DNA of 64,000 bases from Octopus vulgaris. Lineage: Eukaryota. This document shows, piece after piece, positions 35,936-48,719 of the stretch. The stretch lies in NCBI GenBank assembly GCA_951406725.2, contig OX597823.1, positions 99,820,001 to 99,884,000 of the forward strand, in the 5' to 3' direction. The notes below the pieces were generated by a model. The model was not told the DNA's origin. It did no database searches and was given only the letters and a program-made list of their open reading frames with translations. The position numbers and the translations under genes are program-made. Within the stretch, counting starts at the first letter, position 1; every line of letters starts with the position of its first letter.

Positions 35936-36218
35936 AACTGAAGTTCTAAATTTGTCATCCTTATCATTGGTTTCTCTGTAGGAAATATCCTTTGTCTGAA
36001 CAAAAATAATAATAATAATAATACCCCTTCCCCATCACCTGCATTACATCAGATGCTTACTGAAAACAATAACAAGAAGAAGAAGAAGAAGAGCAGAGAA
36101 AGCTCTGAAGTAAACATTTACAGCTTGCCTATGATAACAGCTACTTACCACTGTGGTGGTGGTGGTAGTATATAATGTTACTATTGATACTACTATAACT
36201 GGATAAGAGAATCAACAC

Positions 36219-36240
36219 ATGGTGCTCTTGTATAAGAGAG
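36219..36240 (+). CDS. candidate first coding exon B of the class IIa HDAC (MVLLYKR-D)
   Basis: ATGGTGCTCTTGTATAAGAGAG|GTAGGG: 22 coding nt, phase 1, joins 59691 in frame giving MVLLYKRDLPPSPP. Confidence 0.4.
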
Positions 36241-36645
36241 GTAGGGGAGGAGGCAGAGGTTTTAATATAGAAATATTGTGTGTGTGTGTATGCGTGTGGG
36301 GGTATTTGTGCCAAGATGTTCTCCTAAATGATTCTTAAAACATTCTCAGAAGTTGGTTGCCAAGTAAACAATGTTTATAATAATACTCTTCAAAAATCAG
36401 TGGTCAGTCACTAATAATCTTTACTTTTGGTTACTAGTCAAGCAATTATGGTCAAATTATTGACTTTTATTATTTTCATCTTAATCTATTGTAATGCAGC
36501 CAATGAAGCTGCGGGTTTTGTACTATTGTTTTGTTGTTTTGTGTGTTGTTTAAGAAGTGATGTAATGACTCAGTATTGTTTCATTGTTTCTCAATCCTCC
36601 AAACTGCCGTGCAATTTGATATCTTTTTACATTATTTGCAATCTG

Positions 36646-36697
<52 letters not shown>

Positions 36698-37899
36698 CCT
36701 CTCTCTCCCCTTTGCTGTCTTTGTCTATTCTCCTTTTGACTTTTCAGTCTCTTTCTTTCTGTGATAGTTTAATATTCATATTTACTTTATTTGCATGAAT
36801 CAGATAGATTTCTGTTTATTGCCTTTCCTACTCTCATCTTTTCTTATTCCCCCCCCCCCATGTTAATTGCCCTCAATAATAACTCGGTAAACTCACTGCT
36901 GCTGTCTTACATTTCTCTCTTTGCTCACCTCTTCCATCTCTGGCTACTGTCATTCTACAGTAGAAATAATATGATCTTTCTTCAACCACAATTTGTCGTC
37001 CATTCTCATCACATCTCATCATTCTATCCTTTCTTCTCTCCAATAACCATTTCACTCCTTTGTTCTACCTCTTCATCTCTCCAAAAACATTTTATTCTCT
37101 CATTTTAAGTTCCTCTTATCTAATTCAAAATTAATGTTTTCAACTCCACACAATATTTTAATCGTTAAACAATATTGCAGTCGTGCTTCTTACTGTCGGC
37201 TTTTTTTTAATATCATAGATGAGTGAGAGTGAGTAACAAGTAAACACAGTCCAAACTATCAACCATTACAATCTGAAGGCATGTTAAACTGCCTGTACAT
37301 TCACATCGTGAAACTGCCAAGTGCAGTCTTTTGGATGTTTAACATTGACTTGGGAGAACAGAATGGTGTCAAGATTTGCTGTGTCTTTTGCAGCATTTGC
37401 TCATTGTGTGTGAGTGGAAGATTAACTGTGCAAGTGTGAACTTGTCGTGCAAATATATGGCCTATCCATTGGTAAGATCATAGCAGAGGCAGACACAGAG
37501 TTTGAGAAAGCCAGAGAAGACTTGCAGTTAGGTTGGGTTTGATTTAAGAATGTGAGGTGGACAAAATAAATCAACTTAAAATAATTTTATTGCATGGATG
37601 TTGTCGTTAACCTTCTGATTAGAAATTGTAAATTTACGACGTTAGTCCCTCAGGTAACAACAGCTGACATAATGTAAGAGCCGAAATAAAGTTTTAATCC
37701 ATTTACAATCATAATAAAAAGAAAATTCCATTTCTAATTATAATAATTACCTGTGAAAGGTAAAGAAGACAACTTCAAAATCTTGGAGTTGAATTCTAAG
37801 TTTTGGAATTCTTCAAGAAAGTTATGTTGTTTCCTTTTGTTAGTTTTTATGTCTCCAAAACATCAACTTGGGACTAGAAATATGTCAAGCACATCAACT

Positions 37900-38272
37900 A
37901 GCTTTTACTTGTTTCACTCGTTAGACTGCGGCCATGCTGGGGCACTGCCTTTTTCACCCGACTGTATTGACCCCAGTACTTACTTTTTATAAAGCCTAGT
38001 ACTTATTCTGTCGGTCTCTTTTGCTGAACTTCTAAGTTACGGGGACATAAACACACCAACACTGGTTGTTAAGTGGTGGTGGGGCGCCCGCTCACACACA
38101 CGCACGCATATATATGACTAGCTTCTTTTGGTTTCCGTTTACGAAATCCACTCACAAAGCTTTGCTCAGCCTGAAGCTAGAGAAGACACCTGCCCAAGGT
38201 GCCACACAGTGGGACTGAACCCAGAACCCTGTGGTTGGGAAGCAAGCTTCTTACCACACAGCCATACCTGCA
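37900..38272 (-). mobile_element. full-length tRNA-derived SINE (family A)
   Basis: Reverse of head GGTATGGCTGTGTGGTAAGAAGCTT...GGGTTCAGTCCCAC, (CA) middle, and CAGTGCCCCAGCATGGCCGCAGTC tail. Confidence 0.88.
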
Positions 38273-39919
38273 CATAAATATAAAAAAAAGTATATGGTAC
38301 TCTTCATGAATTTGCATGTCATCCTTGTTGACTTTTGGGGGGGGGGGTTCAAACCCCGACCCAGCCTTGACCTATCTCTAGAATAGACAAATATCTGCCC
38401 AATATCTAGGGTTTCATTTGCAGGCAGAGGATTGCAACTCTCAGCTCCCAAATAAACAATAATTTTGTTCCCTTCTCAGACTGCTTTGTTCGATCATCAT
38501 CCTCAAGTTTTAATTTCAGGCCTTGCATCACTTGATGAGTAACATCTGCAGTGACTTCAGAGCTGCATTTGAGACAATGTTCACTTCCTCACCATAAGAA
38601 CAACAACTGATTGTTGCTCTATAATGCGGCAACAGTCTTAACTCATTTTGAAGCCAACTACCTGAGACTGTCCCACGTTCTATGATCTACATTTCCTGTA
38701 GATCTGAATGAAACCCTTCCATCAACAGGTCATGTTAATTTATGTTCTAAAAACCAGCTTGATAATGTCACAACTATTTTACTAAATTCTTCATTTCCAA
38801 GATTAGTTGAAGCAAAGAAAAAGTATTTCAACAGAAATATGGTAACAAAAGGCTAAGCTCATTCAGGCCAGTGTTGAACCCACTTTAGTATCAGGCACAA
38901 CATGGAAGGAAATTGAAATTGTATAGAATGCAGTTCTTCAAGTGGCCACAGATTACATCAAAATTGCTACAAATTGCAGCTGAATACCTCTAATAGTACG
39001 AATCAAAAATGTTGAGATTACAACCAGGCATAATGCTACAGCAAGAAGTAACCCATATCACTAACTTGAAATCTGGACTACAAATGGAAAATGGAACCAA
39101 CTTATTCATGAAATTAATGAAAAATTCTTGTAATTTAAAAATTTGGCATTGGAAAAACTTCATTATTTCGTTGTTGATGGTGTTTTTTGAAGTTACTCAT
39201 TCCCAGAGTAGCTTATGATGAAAATGGAAGAAGAATGCTGACTGCGGAAACAAAGTGGTCAGAAGCACAGTTGCATTCTGATTTTTGATTCATGTTAAAT
39301 GGCTAAAGCAGCCAAATAGATCCAGAAATTGCCACTTCACATGATAGCCCACATTTCTCCCACTGTACATCTAACCTTATTAATCTAAATATACGAGGTT
39401 GACCAATCCAAAGGATTTCTTTTGAGGCAGGTATGACAGCACCTGTGAAAAAGATGGAAGGGGTCATACAATGGGGAGTCGATTTGATCTTTGGTAATTG
39501 CAACCATGTTTCAGTCGTGTTAAACCACCTCATCTCTGGACATGGACACAAGATAAAAGAAGAGATTTAGGGACATGTTCAACCCATTTCTCCTGTTGTT
39601 GCTCAGCATGGTTTTACTGGCCACTGTTGTCGTGTTGAACACTGAGCCATATCGAATGTTATATTTTGAAGACTTTCACAATGGAGGAGAGGACAAAGCT
39701 CACTCTGTTACACTGGTGTTATAAGCAAGCAGACACACACACACACACGCGCACCATGAAATTGAGGACCTGTCAAAACTAATGGGGAACAGGTTCCTGT
39801 GTGGTGTGGTGAACCATATCCCTCTAGCAGGTGCAAAAACAGGAAAAGAAAAAAAGAGGTAAAAATCTTCAGTGGATCCTGTGCTTTGAAGTGTGTGTGT
39901 GTGGGGGGGGATATAAATA

Positions 39920-40215
39920 TATCTCGTTTCAGTCATTAGACTGCAGTCATGCTGGGACGCCACCCTCAAGCATTTAGTCAAGTAAATCCACCCCAATTCT
40001 TAGCTTTGAAAGCTTGGTGCTTTTTCTATTGGTCTTCTTTAGCTGAACTGCTGGATTACAGGGATGTAAACAAACCAACACTGGTTGTCAAATGGTAGGG
40101 TTGGGGGACAAACACACACACATATAGAACTGGCTTCTTTCAGTTTCCATTTACCAAATCCACTCACAAGACTTTGGTCCAGGGCTGTAGTAAAAGACTT
40201 AACTGTGGTGCCATG
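39920..40215 (-). mobile_element. family-A SINE, 5' truncated
   Basis: GTTTCAGTCATTAGACTGCAGTCATGCTGGG tail and CAGTTTCCATTTACCAAATCCACTCACAAG body. Confidence 0.8.
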
Positions 40216-43200
40216 AAAAAAGTATAAAAATAATAATAAAAAAACAATGAAATGTTTGGTTTTCTGAGGAATTGTAATGATACTAATAATAATAATGATA
40301 ATATTAATTTTCTTGCCATTTCTAAGATAAGTAGAGGAAGGGGTTTGGTGGGGGGGGGGAATATATTCTCTATTATCAATTTCTATTATTTGTATTGTTT
40401 ATCTAGCTGAGCACGTCATAAACTATAAAGTGACTTTGATTAATGTTTTCCTCGTTTTAATATACATACATGATTGGCTTTATTAGTGCTTTCAAAGCAA
40501 ACTTAATATTCCATCATTAAAAAAGTATCTGCAAAGCTGTTTTGGCTTATTGCAGTTAATGGTGCAAGCCTTTCTCCATGCATCAAAAGCTATCTTACAT
40601 TCACACAGACTTGCCATAGACACATCTGAAAGAAATGTTGGTGTGTGTGTGTGAACAGAGATACACACAAATTTTTATGCAATAAACATGATTCCACACT
40701 CCTGAATGAACTTTCTCTTTCAATACACACACACCCTATTAATAGGTTCAAAATGAAAATTAGAATTTCCTGCCAGTTACCAGATTAATGTTCAGCACCC
40801 ACTTCGTATAATATCTGTTTTTGGATTTTTTTATAGAATTTTTCTTAAGAAACCATTCCTATGTCTTTTGTAATATTTAATCCCCTCCTTTTTTGCTTTA
40901 ATTATAAAAAGTGTAAAATATGTTTAATTTCTTTTATGTAAAGCTAATAGTGGGTTAGAGTAAAAGCAGGTTTCTTTAGCCATTATTTTTCACAAATAAA
41001 TAAATAAAAGATATAAAAAGATGGCAGGAGGAGTGAAATCAGAGGAAACACAAGAATGTTCCACTTAGCAGCTCCCACCTTCCTCTTCAGCACCTATTTC
41101 TGTCTTCTTATGGAACTTTTTGATGCCTTTGTAGTCATCCTCATTGTTTAATGTTTTCTATGCAGACATGGGTTGGACAGTTCAGTGGAACCAACAAACC
41201 AAAGGCTCCTATGTCTTCTCTGGTATAGTTTCTATGGCTGGATGCCCTTTTTAACCCCAACCACTTTAAAGACTGTAGTGGGTGCCTCTTAATGTAGCAC
41301 TGGTACTCATGAGGTCACCAAGTAAATTGCCAAACAAAACCCCTCCACTGAATGAGGTGGCTTTGTGCCATGTGCCATGAGAGGTTCCACTGTGATAGCA
41401 GGACAGAAATGAGTGTTTTGCAGTCAGGAAATATATAGCCTCTCCTTGTTGGAAAAGGGGACAAATGAGTTAGAGCATAACTTAAAGTTGCAGGGAGGTG
41501 AATATAAGAGATCCATAGGATTCGAGGAGGGCGAACGGGGAGATAAGTTGACAGTAATGCGAAAGGGGAGAGTTGTGGATGGCCACCTGAGATAGTCTCT
41601 TGTCCTCTGATGCTCTTTCTGTTTCTTTATTAAAAAAGCCTTGTGTCAAAATTTCAAATGAATTTGTTTCAAACTCCAGGTTAATAAGAACAATGTTATT
41701 TTGCTAGATTCTTCATTATTTTCAAAATTAATTGAATCACAGTCAAATGTATTTCACCTGAAAGCTATTAACAAATGGATTAACTGTAGAGTACTAAGAA
41801 AAAAAAACCCAACCCTCTTTTTTGTTTTTTAATGCTAAGATATGAAGAAATTATTGCAAATAAGAAGGATTAATCATCTTAACTGACCATCTGTTGAAAT
41901 AATGTTTGACCATTTTGGTGTGGGTGTATGTTTATGTAAAATTATGCAAATATAGAGAGAAACACATCTAGTAGTAGATGGGTTTTAAATATATCTTGAA
42001 AAATTCTCAAATCTATAAACTTCATGCTCCTTCTGTTTGTTGATGTTTTTTGTCTTCCTTTTTTTTATTACATAAATAAAACCCTATAATTATGTTGTCC
42101 ATCTTTGTAATTAAGGTCATTTGACTAGAAGGGCTTAACTGTCATTTATTGCTGACAGTACTTATCATAATCGTGATCATGATGAAAGCACTAATGATGG
42201 TGTTGATGATGACAATGATATTGATATTAATAATAATAATGGCTGTGGGAATATAAATAACAATGATAATAAATTAATGGTTATACTGATTATGTTGGTG
42301 ATTGTGATGGTTGCTGTAGAAGATAGTGATGATGATGGTGGTATTAATAATAGTATCAATGACCAGATTGACAATGATAATGACAATAGTAATGATGGCG
42401 ATGATGATGATGATGATGATGGTAGCAGTTTGTAAACTTACTGCATTCAATTGAGAAATACTTGTATTTAATAATACTTTCTGGTGTATATGAAAAATAA
42501 AAGACATGTACCCACTTCCAAATTTAGAAATCCCTATTTTATTCCACTGATCTCCCTTAGGACTCCAACCATGGGGATATTAAAATAATACATTTACTTA
42601 TCAGTGCTGTTGTGTCATTGAGCAAGACACTTCATTTCACGTTGCTCCAATTTTATCAGCTGTAAATGAATAGCAGCCAAGGTGCTGATGCAGCACTTCC
42701 TCCCTCCAAATGTCACATCCTGACAGTTCTAAAGGGGCCAAGTGTGTATCTATATCTGCTTCTGACTGCATAGACAACAAAAGCAGTTAGTGAAAACCTG
42801 GTACATTTTACCAAGTCACGCTTGTTTGTGAGTGACAGCTGGTGGTTCTGTGCTGCCCATTTAGTTAAAACTAAGAATAAAAATTTTAGCATTAGATGAC
42901 AGACTGTGTTTATGTTATCACATCATTTTGAAACATCTTTCATAACAAGATTAGTTTAATTTAAATTTATGATGGATGTATCCTGTTTAAAAAGAAAAAA
43001 ATATCAAAATAGAAAATTTTTTTGGAAAAACTTGTAGTTAAGTCAAGAGATATTAATATGATTGTTTGTTTTTTTCCTAGATTTCTATTTTAGCATAATT
43101 ATTAGACAACTAGTAACTAGAAAAGGGAGGAATTAGATGTGTTAGTCTTCGTTTACTATATTATGATTAAATTGTGCATAATTCTAGTTGTGAGATTAAG

Positions 43201-43599
43201 ACATGGAACTCGTAGCAAATTTTTCTTGAAATTCAAATAATTTATTTTCGTGAAAGTCAATTTCTGGATGCTTGGTCAAATTTGATTTGCATAAGATCTT
43301 GTTACTTATGAAAAATCTCTGATGTTGTAATACTGTGATATTGATTTGTTTTGATAAAACACAAATTGAGTTTTTGGTGAGCAGGAGAGGCCCAGGAGAT
43401 GATTAAATCAACTTAGTATTTTATTCGTTGCTATATTTCATATAGCACAGAGGACGAAAGATAGATAATGCTGCCTTGCCAAGATTTGAACTAGAATGGT
43501 GGTAAATTTTACTTTGTGCATTGGTGATTCTTTCTCTTCTCAGTACTATATATGTTGGTGCTTTTCTGAGATCTGTATTTGCTACGTGAAACATTTCCT

Positions 43600-45370
43600 T
43601 CTACTACAAGTGACTTCAGACCAGAAGGGATTTTAAAAAGCAGACCAGTCTGGAAAAGAAGCTTATGGATCCTTTCAATTGTCAGAGATTTAGAGATGTC
43701 CTAATTGAAGCATTAACAAGAATGAGGAGTTACAGACATGTAACATAGAGGACAATTGCAAGTTCCTACAACTTTCTGAATGCTATAGACCAGACCCAGG
43801 GTGGCGTGATAGTGGAATGGTGTAGCAGACAGAGCCATTGGAGCAAAGAAACAGGACTGGAAGAATGGTGGTAGCAAAGAACTAAATTAGGTAGCTAGAA
43901 ATCTGGTTTACTTACCCAAGGGAAAAGCAGAAAGGAAGAAGTTTGCCAAATTCTGTGGCACGAGGACCAAAGGCTTGAGGTGTTTCGGATTGTAAGACAG
44001 TGTGTGAGAGAAAACTGAGATGTTGTAAGAGAGAAGTATGTTCACATGGATGAGGGCTCACTTTCGGTTGGTGACTCTGCAGAGGAGGAGACATGGAAGT
44101 GCCACTATGAAAGGTTGCTAAATGTAGAGAATGTATGGAAGAAGGAGAACGTACCGAATGTGGAGCCAACAACGGGACCAGCTATCCGAATTGACAGGAG
44201 CTTAGTAGATAAAAGCAATTAAGGATATGAAAACAGGGAAAGCCCCCCCAGCCCATCAGCAATGACTGCTGAAATGCTTAAAATAACTGGCAGTGTGGGA
44301 TATAGACTTGTCAGCCATATTATTAATCAGGCTGTCCACAAGGCAGCCATACCCAACAATCTGGGTAGCAGCTTTACAGTCAGCTGCTGCAGTTGTAAAG
44401 ATGACACCTTAGACAGAAATAATTATAGAGGTATCAAACTGCTAGACCAGGTGGTGAAAGTCCTAGCTCAGTTAATTAAGAGAGCTAGCCTAGATCAGAT
44501 GCAGTTTGGTTTTGTGCCAAGAAGAAGCAGCACTGATGCTCTCTTCCTGGTGAGGCAACTACAGGAAAGCTGTTTAACCAAAAATAAACCTCTGTACTTG
44601 GCTTTTGTTGATATGGAGAAAGTCCTTGACTGGACCCTCCACTCCCTTATCTGGTGGTCAATACAGAAGCTAGGTATTGTTGAGTGGTTGGCAAGAGCTG
44701 TGCAAGCTGTGTTCAGGGATATTGCCAGTAAGATGAAAGTTGGTAATGAGTCATCATCATTTAGTGTCCATTGTCTATGCTGGCATGAGTTGGACGGTTT
44801 GACCAGGGTTGGCATGCTGGAAGGCTGCACCAGACTCCAGTCTGATTTGGCATGGTTTCTATGGCTGAGAAAAGTCCACTGTATTGGTGGATGGGAGGAG
44901 CAGCTGCTAGCAATAAATGTATAAGAACTGTGATGTGTGTAACAGTGAAACAGGGACTGTAAATGCATGGAACTCGTACCAATTAGAGGGGGAGGGGTGC
45001 TTCAGGTGTGCAGTGTTGTGAAGTTGCTGCTAAAACTGAGCAGAAGTAAATTGAGAAAGCAACTGGTCATAGAAAGCAATGACACAAATGTTGAATAGAA
45101 ATTGTGTTAATATGGACATGTCATACAAAATGAAAGATGTTTTCTCAATGGAGGCAAAAATAAAAATGCTTTGCAAATTAGAAATGGAAAGTAGTTATAC
45201 TTGGAGAAGGCCAAGGAAGACTTGTGAAGAAATAATTAGCTGAGATCTGAATGAGTTAGCTTTCTGTTATGATGTGATGACACGAGGTCTGGATGTATAG
45301 GGATTGTATTGTATATCTATGCAGCTGGGATCACCACTGGAAACATGTCAAACCAGTGACAATGATGACA
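43600..45370 (+). mobile_element. degenerate RTE-clade LINE RT region with an inverted RTE tail inserted at ~44751-44870
   Basis: ORF 44262-44924: NNYRGIKLLDQVVKV, QFGFVPRRSSTDALFLVRQLQE, LYLAFVDMEK; homology breaks at TCATCATCATTTAGTGTCC. Confidence 0.85.
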
Positions 45371-46084
45371 ACTTCACTAATAAGAAATGGAAAAACATTT
45401 CACCATTTTCATCATTACCATTAATTGTGTTCTGTTGCAAGCAGGGGACACACGGACACACACACACTGGTTAGCAGCCTAATCTCTCAGATCACCTTGA
45501 ACACAAAATAAAATAGTTTATTTTCCTGCCAAAAATTCTTCCACTTTTCTGGTTCTAAGGACAATTCCTAAATGCTTAATCAATGCTATTTCCTTGCTAT
45601 AACAAATAATTTGCATATTTTCATGGGATCTTAATGATGGCAGATTTGGGTAGGAACATTAGAGAAAATGAAGAATTTGGTCCACTATTTTACCTTCTGA
45701 TTTCAAATCCTAACGAAGTTAACTTTGCCTTAACTCTGATGTTAATAAAGTACCAATCAAGTACAGATTGATATAATTAACTGTCCTCCTCACTTCCTCA
45801 GATTTCTGGTTTTGTGCCTATGTTAGAAAATGATTATATATGAGGTCTTCCTAATTAGAGATTCATTTTGAGAGAAATAGTAGCTTCCTTTTTATTTGTC
45901 TTTTTTTTTTAAATTTCGGCAACTCCTCCATAAATAATTATGCTAGTTCTAAAAAGCACAAATTTACGAAGGAAACTTACACTTTTTATATTGATTGCAG
46001 CTCCTTGCTGCTCCAGACATAAATGAACCCATTTTATATATGTATCCCTTAACTTTGTTTATCTTTTAGTTGGAGGAGGGGGCA

Positions 46085-46420
46085 GTTGCTATGGACCCAT
46101 TACAGGACCTCTAGGGTTGGTGAGAGAGAAAGAGGGGTATGATATTGTCAAACTGAAAATCTGGCGCCAATGCCTGCAACAGAGTAGACTCTGCTGAAGG
46201 TGCCTAAGTTGTGACATGGTGATGTTAAACCAGACAATTGGGTTAGCGTACAAAACAAATTCCCAATAACAGTGTTTGAACTCAGAACACGAAGAGGCAG
46301 ATTTCCTCTGATAGGCTGCTATTCTTCTTGATGTTGTCAACTTGTACCTGTTTCCTAACAATGTAGTATTTTCCCATGACTGGTCATGTTTCCATACAAA
46401 CTTGGAAATGATCAATGCCG
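46085..46420 (-). mobile_element. old CR1-like RT remnant
   Basis: Minus strand yields PRGPVMGP (GVPQGSVLGP-like) preceded by degenerate RT-like segments; heavily mutated. Confidence 0.4.
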
Positions 46421-47617
46421 CTTGTATGACAGTGGCACTTGTTTACAACTGGGCTTCTTTCAATTTCCACCTACCATATCCACTCACAAAACTTTGTTTA
46501 CCCTGGACCTATAGTAGGAGATGCTTGCAAAGGTGTCATGTAGTGTGTGTATGTATGTGCGTGTACACATACACACACACACACATCCCTAATTCTACAT
46601 GAAGTTAAAAATCCTCTTTTGTCTGCTATGAATATACCAAAGGTACAAAGGAAATTTTCCAAATAGTTTTTGGCGGCTATTTTATGTGGACAGCATAAGT
46701 ATCAAAAAGTTAAAAACCATTTTCAAGGAAATAAACCCCCAAAAGTTGTAAATCTTGTCAACTTGGCCTGAAGCAGACTAAGTTATTTAGAAACTAATGG
46801 CTATACAAGTTTTTATTCTTCTATTAAAATAAACTCTTGAGAGAATATTAAATCTATCACTCATCTGTTATAAGCAATTTTCATTTTTAATTAGAAGTCA
46901 AGTTTGAGATTTTTATTTTTGGTATTGTTGTATTGTTTTTATGTGGTATATTTTGGAAGAACAAATAAGATCTCTTTGATCATTTGGAACATGTGAATTT
47001 CTTTTATTTTCTTTTTATTTTCTCTTTTCATTTTTTTTTTTTGAAGGAAGGGCCTTTGCTCGTGGCCTTCACAGACCTTCTGGGACCAATGAGATCAATG
47101 TTGTGACATTCCTCTTAAAAAATCAATTAGCTTTTGATGGAATTCAAGAGTTAGTGTTTGTAGAAGAAAGAACTAGATTTATGTTTAGGAGGGGCCAAGC
47201 TTGTAGGATAATGAAAAGATCCCCCTCCCCCAAATGAGATATAAGATCAATACATTTCACATCATTGCTGTTGACTCATCATCCTCTGCCTTCCATGCTG
47301 ACATGAGCTGGATGGTTTGACAGGAGCTGCACCAAGCTTTACTGTGTGATTTCACATGGTTTCTGAATGCCCTTCCTAATGCCAACCATTTTACAAAGAG
47401 CACCAGTTGCTTTTTATGTGACACTGGCACAAGTGAGATTACCAAGTAACTCACAGGATAAGACCCCTTCGACAAAGTGGGGGTTGACGGCAATTGATGA
47501 GAGGTTAAAGTAAGATAGAAAGTTATGAAAATGGGTGTGTTGCTGTAGGGGAAATATATGGTTACCCCTGTTGGAAAAGAAAAAAAGGATGGTGGTGAAG
47601 ATGTATATATGGATATA

Positions 47618-48719
47618 TCAGGTCATCCCATAAGTTCTGTCCGAATTTTGAATAAAGAAAACAAGTGATCAAATGTTATATTTAATTGAAATTTAATCAT
47701 CAATGTACTTTCCCTGATTATCTATGACTTCCTTCCATCTAGTTACAAGCTTTTTAATCTCATCAATGTAAAACTCTTTTGGTTTTGAAAGTGAAGAACT
47801 CTGAAATGTCAGTTTCGACCTCCTCCTGGCTTGCTAAAGTTATGTCCCCACAAATGATTCTGTAAACTATGAAACAAATGGTAGTCTGAAGGAGCTAGGT
47901 CATGAGAATAAGCTGGATGAGGAATTTTTTCCCAACCAAGCTCTTTGATCTTCTGTGATATGATCTTTGCAGTGTGGGGTTGCGCATTGTCCTGATGAAA
48001 CATCACTCCTTTTCCATCCACTAAAACGGGTCTTTTTCTTCAAAACTTGGTTGAAACGCTCTAATTGCCGACAGTAGACTTCAGCATTGATTGTTGGATT
48101 AGGTGGTAACAATTCAAAGTGATTTATTCCTTTGCAATCCTACAAGACAAAAGAACCTTTTTCCCATGAAGTCCCTTCTTGGTTGTGGTTGAGCTTTTTT
48201 CCTTTTAATAAGCCACTGTTTACAACGTTTAACATTTCAATAGAAGATCCATTTTTCATCACAAGTCAATCCAAAAAGGATGAAATGCATTTGCGAGAAT
48301 GGAGAGAAAAGCAGATGTCAGCTCAGGATTTGAAGTTGCTTTCAGACAATTTATGAGGCACCCATTTCCCAATTTTAGGAACCACTTCTGAATTTTGCAA
48401 ACCATCTTCTGCATGTTCTTTCATTCAAGCATTCTTTCCCATAAACTGAGTGTATGTTTCGAGTCGCTTCTGCGCAGGGTTTCCTGTTTTGTACTCATAA
48501 AGCATTATGTGCCTAAAATGCTCTTTGGATACTTCCATGTTAGAAAGGGTTTTAAAGAAATTTTAGTTCTATTATTCAGTAAAATAATATTTAATTAGTT
48601 TAAATGTACACAAATGCATAAATATAATTTTTAATTCCATTAGACATTCTGAAATAATATTAAATTTCATTCAATTTTAAAAAAAGGTAGAATCGGACAG
48701 AACTTATGGGATGACCTGA
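47618..48719 (-). mobile_element. mariner (Tc1/mariner) transposon relic, internally deleted
   Basis: TIR TCAGGTCATCCCATAAGTTCTGTCCGA at both ends, TA TSD; minus-strand fragments LPPNPTINAEVYCRQLER and FHQDNAQPH...HPAYSHDLAPSDYHLFHSLQNHL; frameshifted. Confidence 0.95.
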
